Shown piece by piece: positions 61,601 through 64,000 of a stretch of 64,000 nt of DNA (positions are counted from its first letter, which is position 1; every line of letters starts with the position of its first letter). This stretch comes from Klebsormidium nitens. Its lineage: Eukaryota; Plantae; Klebsormidiophyceae. Below the pieces are notes generated by a model, which saw only the letters and a list, made by a program, of their open reading frames with translations, did not search any database and was not told the origin of the DNA. Made by a program: the position numbers and the translations under genes. The stretch spans positions 1-64,000 of the forward strand of contig DF237300.1 in assembly GCA_000708835.1 (NCBI GenBank), written 5' to 3'.

Positions 61601-63814
61601 GCCAGATCTCGACTAGGTAGCGAAAAGGCCAGAGCCACTCTCAACAGATCTAAAAAGCGAGCGGGAATCGCAAGAGAGTCATACTTGTCGAGAGCTCAAA
61701 ACAAAGTCGAATGTTGCTCGCTCGTTTTTTTGGACGACTCTTATTGGCGCAACGCCGCTGCTTTGAGCCGGGCATCCAAGCGCCCGAGGAGGTTGGCTTT
61801 CGAGAAGACTTATCGGACGAGTTGGTTTCGGTGCAAGGATCGTAGCATACGGAATTCTCGAAAAGCTTTGAAGGAGCAAACGAAGGACAGGGTACGGAGG
61901 GCAGAGAGATAACAAGCGACGCTAAAATATGATTACGGCAACGTTGCACCAGAACTGTAGGGCAAGGAGTCCCTGTGAGCTTCCCTCCACACGGTCCAGT
62001 CGGGTAAGTCGGAGCGCGGCATTGGGCAGTCGGAGGAGGCTCTGGTATCGGATTTCGAATTCGTTTAGTTAACACTTATGGAAAAGCTTGAGGTAACACT
62101 TCTGGAAAGCTTGAGGTCATCGGCAAGAAGATGGTCTCTGGCTCCATAACAAGCAAGCCTGATGTCCCCACGGACTAGAAGTGGGAAGGTCTCTGCTGCT
62201 AAAATCATGGCCACAGTGTCTAACGACTCAAATTATCCAAAAGGACGGTATAAACGATTTTAAAGATAAGTACCGTGCAGAGGAGCGGCGAAAATGACGC
62301 CGTCGACTTTGCCGTCGACTTTTGTGTTAACAGGATGCGCAGTCCCCGCCTTCAAAGCGTCTCGACACAGGTGACCGCACAAACACCTCAGATTGAACGT
62401 TGGAGAAGTTCAACAGGAACGGTTCGTTCCTGGATATTCTAGGCGGTGCCTAGCAGATTATGAAAGCTATCAAAATCACCAGGAATTGGAGTGGAACTGC
62501 CCCGTTCTACAACAGCATCGTATGGACAGAACAGGTCCCCATTTCGAAAAAATGAGGATCTCTTGTGTCCTGAATCATGGCTTATGAGATCGACAGCAGA
62601 AGACTCAAAGTCGCAGCCCCAAAACAGGTGGGTGGGGCAGTCCGTAAGCCCTGACCGGAAATGAAGAGGCAGATGCATGTGACTGGCATCACTTCTGAAA
62701 GACGGGAAACTGCGGCGGAGCTCAGGCGCCAGCCAATTGTTCCAGAAGAGCAGAAATGAAAACAAGAAGGTCCAAGCATTAAGCAAGAAAGAGGACGACA
62801 CTTCGGTCTGATGTTTTGCGAAGAAGAGCCGCAAGAAAGCCATGGGGTAAGGCTTCAGCAAAAAAGGTTTTCAACTATCTGTTTCCCAAGAAAGGAAGAT
62901 CAAGTCATCAAAATAAAAGACTGACGACGCGTTTGGGCTTCGGGCACGTGCTGCCTGCTGACGTTGCAGTTTGACCAGACTACTGGCAATAGGCACGTGT
63001 TAGTGCCAAGCAAGGTAATACTGTTATATTTTTCGAGACAAAAGGATTCTACTTGGCTCGTGTGTTGCAGAGGAGCAACTTTCTTTTCTTGGCTCACATA
63101 TCTCATAGCAATACTCCTCTTAAATTTCAGCAAAAAGAGGTGGAGAATTAATCATGGCCGAGGGCGGGATGTGAGATTAGAAAGGCCGGTTTGCACAGCC
63201 TTGAAAGGATTTATCAAGTCGAGTGCAGAAATGAACCTCCTAGGAGTTTCTAGGATTTCGCAAGTAGTCTACAGATTGAGCTGCTAGACACCGACATGGA
63301 CATAGAGGCCTCAGTTGCCTGTCCACAACCGGATACCAGATCTTTCCGGGGCCTAGAGAGTTGCAGTAACTCGAATCGAGAACAAACTCTCAGCGAGCAA
63401 GCCCGCTCTTTCTAGTAAGCACGGGGAGTAAGCCCTCTCTGACGCAAGAATTCAAACATCACGACTGACCATCCGCCATAAGGTTAGCCGCAGTTGGCAG
63501 TGAAAGGTGAAACACGAACGCACCCACAGGACCCCAGCAAAAGGGACAAGAAGCAAATTTGATCCTTGGTCAGGACAAAACGTCGTACTCAGAAGAAAGC
63601 TTTTACCAAGAAGCAAAGCAAAAGAACTTTCATTCTACAGAAGGGAGGGCGCTCACCAACCCCAGAACGACCAGTCGGGCCACACGAGGTCGTAGTGCCG
63701 GTCCGAACCAACGTAGTTGAACAGCGCCGGGGGTGACGTCACGTTGACGTTGTAGTCCGCGCGCACGATTTGGGGGTCGTCGCAGCAAAACACCATGGCG
63801 TCCACGTCAGGGAC
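55619..63814 (-). CDS. glycosyltransferase family 90 / CAP10 domain protein (O-glucosyltransferase rumi-like); 5' part beyond the window
   Basis: Exons 63814-63657, 58424-58161, 57434-57327, 56802-56697, 55876-55619. Motifs WPDWSFWGW, AFWKGN, KYRMYVEGNTWSCSLKYILACGS, DFYSRGLIPGTHY, IYDYMLFMLKAYA. Confidence 0.92.
58502..58690 (-). repeat. two decayed copies of the GT90 acceptor and exon start (real junction 58424)
   Basis: Minus strand CCAG|GCCCCAACCGCGGATTCCCCGGGTTGGTGAACGTAAG and TTCAG|CCCCAGCTGTTGCATCCTGGGGG versus the real CCAG|GCCCCAACTACGGATTCCTGGGTGGGAGAACGTCAG. Confidence 0.75.
61073..61122. repeat. 25-bp perfect tandem duplication
   Basis: AAGGGCCCAAACCCAAGTCGTTGAG x2. Confidence 0.9.
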
Positions 63815-64000
63815 CTGTGGACGGAGGATGGACTTGCGGTGAGAAGAGCTAGATTCCATCTCAGATTGGAAAATGAGATTCAAAACCATGATTTCAGAAC
63901 CTTGATATGGCTGAGGGGTGATGCCGCTAGGGCGTGAAGAACTCTGGTCTGGGGGGTGATTGTGGCAGCATCAAGTGGCCTGCTGCGTCAAGGGCCTGGG

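Overview
Intron-rich eukaryotic DNA with GC3-rich exons and GT-AG introns of mostly 0.2-2 kb. Gene content and style suggest a streptophyte green alga such as Klebsormidium (inference). Nine spliced protein genes were rebuilt by hand with consistent intron phases: an unknown 313-aa protein (+), an 863-aa Ser/Pro-rich protein (-), a plant ORP3-type oxysterol-binding protein (+), a 703-aa two-TM membrane protein with ENaC/P2X/PAC-like topology (+), TFIIF large subunit RAP74 (+), a CENP-V/GFA protein (-), a secreted multidomain protein with four Kazal domains (-), a GT17 GnT-III-like glycosyltransferase (+) and the 3' part of a GT90/CAP10 glycosyltransferase (-). There is also a TA-flanked MITE, a candidate Helitron 3' end and a 20-N gap. 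The most striking unexplained pattern is decaying tandem copies ('echoes', about 110-200 bp period) of splice junctions inside the introns of four genes. The Kazal gene also has a complete duplicated exon pair arranged like mutually exclusive exons.
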